A stretch of DNA of 64,000 nucleotides from Marine Group II euryarchaeote MED-G37 (GTDB lineage Archaea > Thermoplasmatota > Poseidoniia > Poseidoniales > Thalassarchaeaceae), in the NCBI GenBank assembly GCA_002457555.1, contig NTJQ01000005.1, forward strand, positions 28,335 to 92,334, written 5' to 3'. Below, one piece after another: positions 29,960 through 40,785 of the stretch (its first letter is position 1; each line of letters starts with the position of its first letter). The notes beneath the pieces are model-generated. The model ran no database searches. It saw only the letters and a list, made by a program, of their open reading frames with translations, and was not told where the DNA came from. The position numbers and the translations under genes were made by a program.

Positions 29960-30882
29960 TGGCGATTTGGGTTCAGGAAGATTCGAAATTAATTATTCAG
30001 GGAATAACCGGCTCCCAAGGAAGTTTCCATGGTGAGAAAATGGTTGAATATGGTACAAATTTGGTCGGTGGCGTTACCCCCGGAAAGGGAGGTCAAACTG
30101 TAGAATTAGCAGGCACTGAATTCCCAGTTTTCAATACCATGATGGAAGCGATTGAGCAAACAGATGCGGACGCTTCAGTAATCTATGTCCCCCCCCCATT
30201 TGCTGCTGCAGCAATCATGGAGGCGGCTGATGCCTTCGACAAAATCAAGGGAGAGGGAGTCATTGTTTGTATCACCGAGGGAATACCAACTCTGGATATG
30301 GTAAAGGCAGTCGCCTACGTAAATGAAAGATCAGGGATTAGACTCATTGGACCAAACTGCCCCGGAATCATTACGCCAGGAGATAATGGCGGTTGTAAAA
30401 TTGGAATCATGCCAGGACATATCCATGCCAAGGGTAGGATTGGAGTCGTATCAAAATCAGGCACTTTAACCTATGAAGCGGTTGCACAAACAATGAGTAT
30501 CGGTGAAGGGCAGTCTACCTGTATAGGAATCGGCGGAGATCCAGTGAATGGAACCGGATTCATTGATTGTTTGTCTGCCTTCGAAGCCGACCCTCAAACC
30601 GTAGCCGTGGTTATGATTGGTGAAATTGGAGGTACCGCCGAGGAAGATGCTTCCGAATGGGCCGCTGTGAACATGAGTAAACCAATTGTCGGCTTCGTTG
30701 CAGGTTCAACAGCCCCACCCGGAAAAAGAATGGGGCACGCCGGCGCGATCATCTCTGGTGGAAAGGGTACTGCTGCGGAAAAATTTGCAGCATTCGAGGC
30801 GGCTGGAATTCACATAGCACGAGATCCTTCTGAAATTGGCGCTGTGTTGAAACTGGCTCTGGAAGAATCAGGTCTTCTCTGA
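29956..30882 (+). CDS. sucD: Succinyl-CoA synthetase alpha subunit
   Basis: [26 protein letters not shown]; GGAGG SD and 4-nt overlap with sucC. Confidence 0.97.
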   Translation: MMAIWVQEDSKLIIQGITGSQGSFHGEKMVEYGTNLVGGVTPGKGGQTVELAGTEFPVFNTMMEAIEQTDADASVIYVPPPFAAAAIMEAADAFDKIKGEGVIVCITEGIPTLDMVKAVAYVNERSGIRLIGPNCPGIITPGDNGGCKIGIMPGHIHAKGRIGVVSKSGTLTYEAVAQTMSIGEGQSTCIGIGGDPVNGTGFIDCLSAFEADPQTVAVVMIGEIGGTAEEDASEWAAVNMSKPIVGFVAGSTAPPGKRMGHAGAIISGGKGTAAEKFAAFEAAGIHIARDPSEIGAVLKLALEESGLL

Positions 30883-30946
30883 AGACCGACTCCTTTGACC
30901 TGGTATTCACGGTCAGACTTAATCCAAATAATGCGACGAACCCCTC

Positions 30947-32413
30947 GTGAGTTCGCAATCGCGGGTGGTTGTAATTGGCGGAGGTATAGCCGGTTGTTCC
31001 TCTGCCCTTGCCCTTGCAGGTAGGGGTGTGAATGTAACTTTGTTAGAGGCATCCAACCGATTGGGTGGCCGTTATGGTAGTGTGAAAATTCCTGGACTCG
31101 AACGACAAATCGACAGAACACAGAATGTATTTTTCAGAAACTTCGAGCGATTTCTCCAATTACTTGCAACATGTGAGTCAAGAGAATCAGTAAAATTGCA
31201 AAAATCCACCATGCTAGCATTTCTCGAAGTTGACCGGGGGCGGATTTCAAAAATTGAAGCAGGTAGTCTCCCTCCTCCAAATCATCTATCTGCATCTTTT
31301 CTTAATGCTAATTTCCTAGGCTTAGGTGATAAATTCTCAATGCAAAAGGCAGTTCAAACTATCCAAGCAACAAATGAACAACAAAGGCGAGAACTAGATG
31401 ACCTAAGCTTCCTTCAATGGCTAGAAGATAATAGCCAGAGTAAGCGATCAATCTCTCGTTTTTGGAATCCAATAAGTAAATTGGCATTAAACTTAGATTG
31501 CTCTGAAGCAAGTGCCTCATCGGCAATTTTCCTGTTCAAGAAAGCCCTTCTCGGAAACGCAAGTGCATTCGATGTTGGTTGTTTTACAAACGATTTCACA
31601 AATGCTGTATCTTCCAACTTGCGAAGAACACTTGCGGATTCAGATGTCGAGGTCCATCTCTCAACCCCTGTCACCAGTCTATTCCGAGATTCAGGGGTAG
31701 TCACCGGAGTTAATACAAAAAATGGTTTTCATGCAGCAACAGTGGTCATCATTTGTACGCCAATCTCCGATACTGCAAGGCTACTAACCGGTTCTTCAGC
31801 GAGTATGGCATCTCATGAGGTCGCAGAAAGGCTTGCAAAATTGGGTAACACCTCTCAAATAGGGATTCATGCCTTTCATGAGGGACCAGTTTTACCAGAA
31901 GGAATCCCGTTCGTGATTTGTTGCGATGAGCCCTTGATTCAGATGTTATTCGATAGGTCTGGTGAACTCGATGATGGAAAGAGGTCTGGCCTCCCGGGCC
32001 ATTGGATTTGCTGCCCTGTTTCCTACGCAGACAAATATCAGGAGTGGGATGACGAATTGATAAAAACAGAATACCAAAGAGTGATCGAAATAGCATTCCC
32101 TGAATCTCCTCCATTGATTGATTTTCATGTAGTTAGAATAAATCGATTTGCTACCGCTATGAGAACTGGTTCTCAACGAGATCGACCGAATCCACTTGAT
32201 GCTGGCGAGGGAGTGATTTTGGGTGGGGATTGGATCAATATCGATTGGCCCTCAAGCCTAGAGGCTTCAACTAGGGCTGGGCTCGTAGCGGCTGCAACAT
32301 ACCTTAGAGAAAATCGGGTTCGAGATTTCTCAGATTGGAAACATGACGAGAAATGGCCCGATTGGCCAAACTCTGCTAAGAAAGAAGACGAAGATTGGAG
32401 AATATGGGAATAA
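30947..32413 (+). CDS. FAD-dependent oxidoreductase, HpnE/hydroxysqualene dehydroxylase (phytoene desaturase superfamily)-like
   Basis: GGGIAG..A..LA, LLEASNRLGGR, RFWNP...ALN, GDWINIDWPSSLEASTRAG; next to two squalene/phytoene synthases. Confidence 0.72.
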   Translation: MSSQSRVVVIGGGIAGCSSALALAGRGVNVTLLEASNRLGGRYGSVKIPGLERQIDRTQNVFFRNFERFLQLLATCESRESVKLQKSTMLAFLEVDRGRISKIEAGSLPPPNHLSASFLNANFLGLGDKFSMQKAVQTIQATNEQQRRELDDLSFLQWLEDNSQSKRSISRFWNPISKLALNLDCSEASASSAIFLFKKALLGNASAFDVGCFTNDFTNAVSSNLRRTLADSDVEVHLSTPVTSLFRDSGVVTGVNTKNGFHAATVVIICTPISDTARLLTGSSASMASHEVAERLAKLGNTSQIGIHAFHEGPVLPEGIPFVICCDEPLIQMLFDRSGELDDGKRSGLPGHWICCPVSYADKYQEWDDELIKTEYQRVIEIAFPESPPLIDFHVVRINRFATAMRTGSQRDRPNPLDAGEGVILGGDWINIDWPSSLEASTRAGLVAAATYLRENRVRDFSDWKHDEKWPDWPNSAKKEDEDWRIWE

Positions 32414-32467
32414 AGTAAGCAACGAAGCAATCAACAGATAAGCGACTGTGGGCGAGGTTAGAATAAC

Positions 32468-33487
32468 ATGGCTGAGATTATTGATGAGCACATCGATGGA
32501 TTGCTCAAGGCGACATCTCGTTCCTTTCATTTGACTCTAACAAGCCTCCCGAATAGTGTCAGAGATCAGGTCGGCCTACTGTACCTCCTCGCTCGCCTTG
32601 CAGACACGATAGCAGATTCAAAAACCAAAGATGTTGATGCCTTAATTGAGGCTCTTGATGGATATCAAAAACACTTAGTCAGCGGTGAAAAATTGGACCT
32701 TTCAAATATCGCAAAGCTGCAAGACGATGCAGATGAAAAAAGACTGCTTGAAAACCTAGAATCCGTTATCATTGCATATCGAAACATGGATCCAAAAGAT
32801 ACTGAATTAATGCAACGATGTCTCGACATTATCATTTCAGGGCAGCGGCTAGATTTGGTCCGATTTGGAGCCCTTGGATCAGAACTAACCTGCCTGGAAA
32901 ACGACATCCAATTGGACGATTATGCCTATAGAGTCGCAGGAAGTGTTGGAGAATTTTGGACCGCGATTACTTTGCAAAATGAATTATCGGGAGATGTCCC
33001 AGATACCGAAACCTTCGATTCACTTGGAATTTGCTTCGGGAAGGCGCTACAAATGACCAATATATTGAGAGATATTCCAGCAGATTTAGCCTTAGGCCGG
33101 TGTTATATCCCAAATGATAGGTTAGCAGAAATTGGACTAAATCATGAGGACCTATACAATCCTGATTCAATTGATGTTTTTAGGCCTCTATACGATTCCT
33201 ATCTAGACCTAACCTGTGAACACTATGATTTCGCAATAAATTACATTCGAATGATCCCAAGGAAATATCGTAGCCTTCGTATGGCTTGTATGCTACCTGT
33301 TGTTATTGGCTTAGAAACCATTGCATTGCTTCGAAAGGGGAATGTTCTTGATGCCTCTGAGAGGATTAAGGTAAATAGAAGTAGAATCCGTAAAATAGCT
33401 GTTTTTTGTGTAATTTCTACAAGGTTCAAGAGAATGGAGAATAAAATCCTTAGCAAGGCAGCAAATCGAGCGATAAACGGCTTCTGA
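32468..33487 (+). CDS. Squalene/phytoene synthase family protein (squalene synthase-like)
   Basis: TSRSF, YLLARLADTIAD, YAYRVAGSVG, LQMTNILRDIPADL..GRCYIP. Confidence 0.88.
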   Translation: MAEIIDEHIDGLLKATSRSFHLTLTSLPNSVRDQVGLLYLLARLADTIADSKTKDVDALIEALDGYQKHLVSGEKLDLSNIAKLQDDADEKRLLENLESVIIAYRNMDPKDTELMQRCLDIIISGQRLDLVRFGALGSELTCLENDIQLDDYAYRVAGSVGEFWTAITLQNELSGDVPDTETFDSLGICFGKALQMTNILRDIPADLALGRCYIPNDRLAEIGLNHEDLYNPDSIDVFRPLYDSYLDLTCEHYDFAINYIRMIPRKYRSLRMACMLPVVIGLETIALLRKGNVLDASERIKVNRSRIRKIAVFCVISTRFKRMENKILSKAANRAINGF

Positions 33488-33573
33488 ACCTGTTTAAGGC
33501 CGCTGAAGCGGCCTGCACGCGCGCGAGGGTGAGGTTCAAGAGCGAATGACTAGGGCTTACCTTCGGCGTTACC

Positions 33574-34824
33574 ATGTCTCAAGACACTAGCAACGATTCC
33601 GCAAGCGAACTGCGGCACGATGCTGAGCGTAGCATTTCACTTGTGGACGCCGATGTTCAAAATCCCGGAATTGAGGGTGTAAGATCTAAAGTTAGCCTAA
33701 CCCGAGAAGCAGCTCGAGCAATTTCGATTACCGCCCTCGAAACAATCCGAGAAGGTGCCCGATTCATGGGTGTTGTTGGTACACGTGGGGAATTACTGAA
33801 TCCATTTGGACACATTGACGCAGCAATTTGGTCAGAATCGGATGTGCCAGAATACATGATCGAGACTGCATACGAATACTGTGAAGAGTTGACACGTGTA
33901 GAGGCGGGTAACTTCTACCACTCATTCAAGTATCTACCCAGTGAGGCCCGTCAGGCTATCTGCGCATACTATGCATTTTGTCGTAGAGCAGATGATATCG
34001 CAGATGGAGACTATGTCGATTCCTTCCCCGGAGGATCGTCAGACAACCCAGAGTCAGTAGAGTATCGAGCACACATCGAGAGGTTGACGGGAAGTAGTCC
34101 GGTGGTTGCTAGAGACCATTATGACGACAGAATGTCACAATTATTTTACTACCGAAAGAAATTGTCTAGTGCTTACGGTCAAGTCACCTCAACCGATCCT
34201 ATTTTTATCGCATTGAAAGATACCATTAGGCGTTACAATATCCCACGCCAATTACTTGATGATATGATTAGTGGGATGGAGGACGACTTCCATCGAAACC
34301 GCTACGACACTTTCGAGGACCTCTACTCCTATTGTTACCGAGTCGCATCTACAGTTGGATTAGTTTGTATCGAAATCTACGGCTACTCAGAATTGGAAGC
34401 TAGAGAATTTTCTGAAGCATGGGGGATTTTCATGCAATTGACAAATATCATCCGAGATGTTGCAGAGGATGCAGAGCGAGACCGAATTTACCTCCCGATG
34501 GATGATTTGCGTAGATATGGAATTAGCGAGAACGATGTAAAGAGCGGGGCTGAATTACTCAATCACCCTGGTTGGAAACCGTTCGTTGAAGAATACATAG
34601 AAAGAGCTGAAAGTTACCGAGATAAGGCATTCAAACTACTTCCATTATTAGATAGGCAATCTCGATATTCGCCGGCAGCAATGATGGCATTTTACGAATC
34701 CATCCTAAAGAAAATAGGCAAGAAGGATGGTGACGTATTTACAGAGCGTGTACAATTATCAAAGGCGGAGAAAATTTCTCTAGCCGCGTATGTATACGCG
34801 AGATATCGCTTCCTTGCCCTCTGA
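33574..34824 (+). CDS. Squalene/phytoene synthase family protein (HpnD/CrtB-like) with an N-terminal extension
   Basis: NFYHSFKYLP, YAFCRRADDIAD, YCYRVASTVG, QLTNIIRDVAED..RDRIYLP. Confidence 0.9.
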   Translation: MSQDTSNDSASELRHDAERSISLVDADVQNPGIEGVRSKVSLTREAARAISITALETIREGARFMGVVGTRGELLNPFGHIDAAIWSESDVPEYMIETAYEYCEELTRVEAGNFYHSFKYLPSEARQAICAYYAFCRRADDIADGDYVDSFPGGSSDNPESVEYRAHIERLTGSSPVVARDHYDDRMSQLFYYRKKLSSAYGQVTSTDPIFIALKDTIRRYNIPRQLLDDMISGMEDDFHRNRYDTFEDLYSYCYRVASTVGLVCIEIYGYSELEAREFSEAWGIFMQLTNIIRDVAEDAERDRIYLPMDDLRRYGISENDVKSGAELLNHPGWKPFVEEYIERAESYRDKAFKLLPLLDRQSRYSPAAMMAFYESILKKIGKKDGDVFTERVQLSKAEKISLAAYVYARYRFLAL

Positions 34825-34894
34825 GCAAGAAGCGGCTTTGAAGCGCCAAGACAAAAGGGAAGATTATCGAGTATAGCAATTCGGAGGGATATTA

Positions 34895-36664
34895 ATGAGG
34901 GTGGCAATACTTCTTGAGGAGCGTTGTAAACCTAACAGCAACGCATTTGCATATTTGAAGAAATATTCCGAAATGTGTGATAGAGATTGTATTCAAGTAA
35001 ATGGCAATAAATGTAGAATTCTTGAAACCGCTTGCCCTGTGTGCTTCACTAGAGCTAAACACTGTCCCGATGATGCTGTAAAAATTATCAATTTACCAGA
35101 AGAATTAGACACGGATTTAACACATAGTTATGGGGAAAATTCATTCAAATTATTTCGGCTACCTTCTCCTAAACAGGAGCAAATTGTGGGTATTCTAGGA
35201 CCTAACGGGATTGGAAAATCAACTGCAATAAATTTGCTATCAGGTACATTTACGCCTAATCTCGGGGATTGGAGAAATCCAAGCCCACAATGGGAAGATG
35301 TAATCACAACCTTTCCCAGAGGCGAGTTAAGGGATTATCTCGGACTTGTTGCAAAGGAAGAGGTAAGAATCGCCGTAAAACCACAGTACATCGATAAGCT
35401 TCCCAAAATCTTCCAAGGAAAGGTGATAGATTTACTCGAGAGAGTTGACGAAAGAAACGAAGTACCTCATTTTAGTAGGATAATGGGTATCGACCATATT
35501 TTGGAAAGGAATCTTGAGGCTTTGTCTGGTGGAGAATTACAACGTGTTGCAATTTGTGCAACGCTTCTGAAAGAAGCCGACGTGTACTTTTTCGATGAGC
35601 CCTCTTCTTACTTGGATATTTATGAAAGAATGAGGATGGTAGGAGTTGTCAGAGAATTAACAGAGAGAGGAAACAGAGTTCTGGTAGTGGAACACGATTT
35701 GGCCATACTTGATGTTCTGTGCGATTTAATTCACGTAATATACGGTGATCGATCCGCTTATGGGATTTTCACACCTCCTAGAACAACTAGGACTGCAATA
35801 AACGCATATTTAGACGGTTATCTTCCAGAAGAAAACATTCGTATTCGTGATAAGCCAATCAAATTCCTAAGAGGACGCGATAGGGGAATGGATATTGGAA
35901 CTCCAATATTACAATGGGGGGATATGCAGAAAAAATTGGGCGATTTTGAACTAAAAACTGGAACTGGAGAAGTTCGTAGCGCCGAGGTTGTTGGTGTTGT
36001 CGGACCGAATGCGACTGGAAAGACTACGATGGTCAAGATGATTGCCGGGGAGTTAGAACCAGATCAAGGATGGTGCACAATGGAAGCTACCATCTCTTAC
36101 AAACCACAGCACGTCAATACAGATTTTGATGGTAGCGTTCAAGACTGGCTTGATACAGAACTTGGAGCCAAGTGGCGTAGCGGTGAATTTCACACTCAAG
36201 TTGTAAGGCCGTTGCAAGTCGATCAATTGTTACAACTACGCGCCAAGAAATTGTCTGGGGGCGAGTTACAGGCTGTTAGCATTGTAATTTGTCTTGGAAA
36301 AGAAGCCGACTTATACCTTCTAGACGAGCCGAGTGCTCACTTAGACGCAAATGCAAGAATGGAGGCAGCAAAAGCAATCAGAAGGACTATGGAAAGCAAT
36401 GAAAAAGCCGCGATGGTAATAGACCATGACATTTATTTCATTGATATTGTCTCAGATTCATTATTAGTATTCAATGGATTAGGCGGCTCATATGGTAATG
36501 CAGAAGGGCCTATGTCTGCCAGGAAAGGAATGAATAAATTCCTAAAAGATGTTGAAGTTACTTTTCGTAGGGATCACGAATCACATAGACCTAGGATAAA
36601 CAAGCCTGATAGTCGCAAAGATCGTGAACAAAAGGCTAGCGGAGAATATTTCTATCTTGAATAG
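34895..36664 (+). CDS. rli: Ribosome recycling ATPase ABCE1 (RLI)
   Basis: IINLPEEL, HSYGENSFKLFRLP, two NBDs, YKPQ, TFRRD..RPRINK..S.KDREQK..GEY. Confidence 0.95.
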   Translation: MRVAILLEERCKPNSNAFAYLKKYSEMCDRDCIQVNGNKCRILETACPVCFTRAKHCPDDAVKIINLPEELDTDLTHSYGENSFKLFRLPSPKQEQIVGILGPNGIGKSTAINLLSGTFTPNLGDWRNPSPQWEDVITTFPRGELRDYLGLVAKEEVRIAVKPQYIDKLPKIFQGKVIDLLERVDERNEVPHFSRIMGIDHILERNLEALSGGELQRVAICATLLKEADVYFFDEPSSYLDIYERMRMVGVVRELTERGNRVLVVEHDLAILDVLCDLIHVIYGDRSAYGIFTPPRTTRTAINAYLDGYLPEENIRIRDKPIKFLRGRDRGMDIGTPILQWGDMQKKLGDFELKTGTGEVRSAEVVGVVGPNATGKTTMVKMIAGELEPDQGWCTMEATISYKPQHVNTDFDGSVQDWLDTELGAKWRSGEFHTQVVRPLQVDQLLQLRAKKLSGGELQAVSIVICLGKEADLYLLDEPSAHLDANARMEAAKAIRRTMESNEKAAMVIDHDIYFIDIVSDSLLVFNGLGGSYGNAEGPMSARKGMNKFLKDVEVTFRRDHESHRPRINKPDSRKDREQKASGEYFYLE

Positions 36665-36723
36665 TGTTTGAAGGAACCATCTGGACCATTGGATTCTTGA
36701 ATGGCCGACAAAACCGCTAGACC

Positions 36724-37218
36724 ATGCCTGATGATGAGTCGGAAGACGTCGGAGAGAAAGAAGAACTCGAAGATGAGATGACTATGCTCGAGGCAAAGGT
36801 CGCTGAACTTGAGAAGGAATTACAGTACTCTCAAGCTGAAACTGCTAACGCTAGGCAAAGAGGAGTGAGGGATAGAGCCCAAGCAATACGATTCGGAGCC
36901 GCCGGATTGGCCTCTCGAATTATACCGGCAATCGATTCCTTGGAGAAAGCAATAGCAAATGAAAATAGTGACAATGAGGCAATCGCAAATGGTGTAAAGA
37001 TGACGCTTGATTCTCTGAAGAAAGCCCTTGAATCCGAAGGCGTCACTATTCTAGAGGCAACTGGTAAGGTATTCGATCCAACACAAATGGAAGCAATTGC
37101 TACTGTTCCAGTACAAGATGGGCAAGAATCCGGTGAGGTTGTTGAAGAAATTGAATCGGGATATATGCTGCACGACAGGGTTCTGAGACCTGCGAAAGTA
37201 ATAGTCACCAGTGAATAA
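36724..37218 (+). CDS. grpE: Nucleotide exchange factor GrpE
   Basis: FDPTQMEAI, GYMLHDRVLRPAKVIV. Confidence 0.93.
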   Translation: MPDDESEDVGEKEELEDEMTMLEAKVAELEKELQYSQAETANARQRGVRDRAQAIRFGAAGLASRIIPAIDSLEKAIANENSDNEAIANGVKMTLDSLKKALESEGVTILEATGKVFDPTQMEAIATVPVQDGQESGEVVEEIESGYMLHDRVLRPAKVIVTSE

Positions 37219-37286
37219 ATTTAGCTCTGATTCCAGAAGTTAATTTATACATCAATTTATATCAAAAATCGCATCCCCCAAAAATA

Positions 37287-38702
37287 ATGCACAAGGTCTC
37301 AAGTAAATTTGCAAAAATGAACTGTTTCTTGCTGCTAGCAATATTGCTTTTGAGTACATCCTACCCTTTTGTGCAAGCACAAAATGAAAACACTCCGGAA
37401 GAAGAAAACATAACTTTTCAATACCACACAATTGCATCTTTAGGAGATAGCACCCTAGGTTCGGACCCTTCTGGCTACAGAGGTCCTTTTGCAAGTGTGC
37501 ACGCAGCTAATTTGATGAATTTAGATTATTACGAGGGCGCAGTTGGTGGAGACAGATCATGGACTCTTATTGACGCAGGAAGGCACACAACAATAGCCGA
37601 AAACTATGGAAATGGTACATTGGTAACCATGATGGTGGGGGCTTGGGACTTTATCGACTCTGATGTTGAGATTATTACTGGTGATTATTCCTTCATCAAT
37701 GAATTGGCTGAAAACATAACAATCATCCTGGATACTTTGGTAGCCTCGGATATAGACGTACTAGTGTGGAATTTACCGAATATGTCGTTTCTACCTTTTT
37801 TGACCCAAATTTTTCCTACAGAACTTCACCATTATTTCACTGAAGCCAGTAATGAGTGGGCAAAACAGCTTAACCACATCGCAGAAAGATATGGCGATGA
37901 TGTGCAAGTTTTCGATTTAATGACCGCCTCTGACGACCTATTACAAAATAAATCCGCTAGAATGATTTTAGGTAACGAGGTAACTAGCCCGCCGATGGTG
38001 TGTGCAAAAAATTGCATAATGGTTGATTCCCTACACCCCACTTCAGTTGGGCAAGGTCTGTTAGCTAACTACATGATGGATGCAATAAATGAAAAGTTCC
38101 CCTCTCCTAATGGTACTTACCCTCTTCTTTCTGGGGAGGAATTACTTTCTCTGACAACGCTAACAAACAACACAGCCGAAGATTCGACGGAGGCCGCCAC
38201 GATTTTTATTGAAGGAGAGATAACGGAAGAGTGCTTCGATTGGGCTGAGTCCACATATCGAGATATGTACGTGACCATAACAATCGACAACGAATATATT
38301 CCCATACCAAGTTATGTTGGGTTCAACACCGAATTATGTAGGCAATCTACGCATGTTATGTATTCAGGAGAGGAGGCTATTCACGTGGTATCCAATGTGG
38401 AAAACATGCTCACTTTGAATCACTTTTTCCAGATATGGGGGGAAAATCTGAGTGCCACCACGTTACTGCACAAAGACACATCGGATGGAGGGGAAATAAC
38501 CTTAGATGTAAACGGATTAAGATATGAAGGAGATTGGGCGGCCATACCTTTGGAGGGTATAATTTCTCTAGATATTGTATACACATCCCCTCCGGCGATG
38601 ACTGTTGAAGAAGATATAGAAGATGATTCATTACCCGGTTTCTCTATGGTTTTGGTTTTGGTATCTACATTTCTGGCAATGGCTGTAATTAGAAGAAAAT
38701 AA
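37287..38702 (+). CDS. SGNH/GDSL hydrolase with an extra domain and a PGF-CTERM anchor
   Basis: Signal peptide; LGDST, DSLHP; ends LPGF-TM-IRRK. Confidence 0.8.
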   Translation: MHKVSSKFAKMNCFLLLAILLLSTSYPFVQAQNENTPEEENITFQYHTIASLGDSTLGSDPSGYRGPFASVHAANLMNLDYYEGAVGGDRSWTLIDAGRHTTIAENYGNGTLVTMMVGAWDFIDSDVEIITGDYSFINELAENITIILDTLVASDIDVLVWNLPNMSFLPFLTQIFPTELHHYFTEASNEWAKQLNHIAERYGDDVQVFDLMTASDDLLQNKSARMILGNEVTSPPMVCAKNCIMVDSLHPTSVGQGLLANYMMDAINEKFPSPNGTYPLLSGEELLSLTTLTNNTAEDSTEAATIFIEGEITEECFDWAESTYRDMYVTITIDNEYIPIPSYVGFNTELCRQSTHVMYSGEEAIHVVSNVENMLTLNHFFQIWGENLSATTLLHKDTSDGGEITLDVNGLRYEGDWAAIPLEGIISLDIVYTSPPAMTVEEDIEDDSLPGFSMVLVLVSTFLAMAVIRRK

Positions 38703-38739
38703 TATAATTCATGTATTCTAATTTTAACAGGAGGAAAGA

Positions 38740-40785
38740 ATGAATATGAATGATAGATTAAGCAAATTTGTAACAATAATAATTGTCTGTTCAATGCTAT
38801 TTTCTGGATGTATGAATGAATCGGATGATGGAATTGAAAATGAATCAAACGACGTAGACGATATTCCTGAAATAGAACCAAAACCAGAAGATATTCTGGA
38901 AATAAAAGGTACTGATTTCTGTGATCTTACCAATCAAATCCACTGTATGCTACCTTTTCCATCCGGATTTTTCCTAGATTATGATGAATCACAAATCACG
39001 GATTATAGATTAAACATCACTGGGGAGGCAATACCAGATACAAAATCTGCTCAATCAGAAAATATGGTGATTTTGGATAGACTCGATGGTTTTAGCCCAT
39101 CTACTCAAATATTTACGGCTTTTTCATCTATTCCGGATATAGGCGAAATGGCAGATCAATTCAACATATCTCCATCAATAGAAATCAATCATTCTAGCAT
39201 TTTAATTAATTTAGATACTGGAGAATTTATTCACCACTGGATCGAGTTAGATGCCAGAGCGAAGGATGGCGAAGATACACTGATTTTCGTAAGGACGTTA
39301 CAAGGACTGGATCATGACGCAGCATACGCAGTTGCATTCAGGAATCTAGTCGATGTTAATGGAGAGGCGATTCAGCCTGAAGATGGATTTTTAGCATTAA
39401 GAAATAATCAGACCACAGACTCCATTCAAATTGAAAATCAAAGAGAGGATTACGAATATCTATTCGAAAAACTAGAACAATCTGGGGTGCCTAGAAGTAA
39501 CTTACAATCAGCATGGTGGTTTCACACAGCATCAACTAAATCTATTCTCAAGGATTTGTTTTCAATAAGAGATGATGCTGAGAACAGGTTAGGCGATGTG
39601 GGCATAAGTTGTACAATCACGAACGTTATAGAAGACTATGGTGACGACAACACCGCCCTCAGAGTTATTCAAGGAACAGTAACAACTCCTCAATACATGC
39701 AAACAGAGTACGCAAGGTCACCAATGGTGAGGAATGAAGATGGAGACCCTGTTTTTGTTGAAAATAGAGAAATCGATTTCAGTATGATGATTCCAAAGTC
39801 TCTGGCTGAGAATAATACATCGGGACCCATATCTGTCTTCGGGCATGGACTTTTTGGGGATAGCGATGCATATGTCAAAAATGGTAGGGCCATAGCTAAT
39901 GAATATCAAACCGTTTTACTCGCTACAGATTTCAAAGGATGGAGTTCTGATGGCGATGAGGACGCCATGACCTTTGCATTAATGGATTTGAAGGAATTCC
40001 AATATCAACAAGAGAGACAACTGCAGGCTGTGATTAATCATCTAGCCATGATTAGAACTATCGCAGGAGGTCAATGTGATGAAGAATATTTCAAACATAA
40101 TGGAACCCTCTTAATTGATTATGAAACAATAAATTACATCGGCATCTCTCTTGGGGGATTACGTGGACCCTCTCTTCTTTCAATTATCCCTGAGTTAGAA
40201 TGGGGAGTACTATGGGTTGGTGGGACCTCATTTTCTCATCAAGTAGAGAGGTCGACACATTACGGTTCTGAAGAATTTCCAAGTGTGTTCTACCAGCTTC
40301 TTTCCAGTGAACTATCCCTACCCTCAAGGATGGATAGAGCGATATGTATAGCACTTCTTCAATCGATATGGGATTCTACTGATGGAGAGACATTCCTACC
40401 ATACAGAGAAAATGGCTTTGAAAATTTATTGAAGCCATTTGATATGTTTTATCTCACATCGATGATGGATGCACAAGTAACCACCTTATCCGCTGACCGA
40501 GCCGTCAGAACTGGAAATGTTCCTGTGATTAATGGGTCAGCATATCATCCATTTGGAGTGATGGCAATTGAAGGTCCAATAGAGGGGTCTGCAGCTGCTT
40601 ATTTCGATGGTGATTTCCCCCCCTTACCAACTGGAAATACGAATGGCCCAATGTGGCATCACTCTTTAGCGCATAATCTAGTATTGGAAGTCCCAGAGGC
40701 AAAAATGATGGCTTATGGGTATCTTTTATCAGGTACCTTGGTCGACTATTGCAATCCTAAGTGCACTTTTGAGGGAGACTGGTGA
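38740..40785 (+). CDS. Lipoprotein alpha/beta hydrolase (extracellular lipase-like)
   Basis: Lipobox FSGC; LDGFSP, FGHGLFG, nucleophile elbow GISLGG. Confidence 0.78.
   Translation: MNMNDRLSKFVTIIIVCSMLFSGCMNESDDGIENESNDVDDIPEIEPKPEDILEIKGTDFCDLTNQIHCMLPFPSGFFLDYDESQITDYRLNITGEAIPDTKSAQSENMVILDRLDGFSPSTQIFTAFSSIPDIGEMADQFNISPSIEINHSSILINLDTGEFIHHWIELDARAKDGEDTLIFVRTLQGLDHDAAYAVAFRNLVDVNGEAIQPEDGFLALRNNQTTDSIQIENQREDYEYLFEKLEQSGVPRSNLQSAWWFHTASTKSILKDLFSIRDDAENRLGDVGISCTITNVIEDYGDDNTALRVIQGTVTTPQYMQTEYARSPMVRNEDGDPVFVENREIDFSMMIPKSLAENNTSGPISVFGHGLFGDSDAYVKNGRAIANEYQTVLLATDFKGWSSDGDEDAMTFALMDLKEFQYQQERQLQAVINHLAMIRTIAGGQCDEEYFKHNGTLLIDYETINYIGISLGGLRGPSLLSIIPELEWGVLWVGGTSFSHQVERSTHYGSEEFPSVFYQLLSSELSLPSRMDRAICIALLQSIWDSTDGETFLPYRENGFENLLKPFDMFYLTSMMDAQVTTLSADRAVRTGNVPVINGSAYHPFGVMAIEGPIEGSAAAYFDGDFPPLPTGNTNGPMWHHSLAHNLVLEVPEAKMMAYGYLLSGTLVDYCNPKCTFEGDW

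Noticed and set aside
33497-33514. Short hairpin AGGCCGC-tgaa-GCGGCCT between the two synthases
   Set aside because: A real inverted repeat but short, without a U-tract; function cannot be supported
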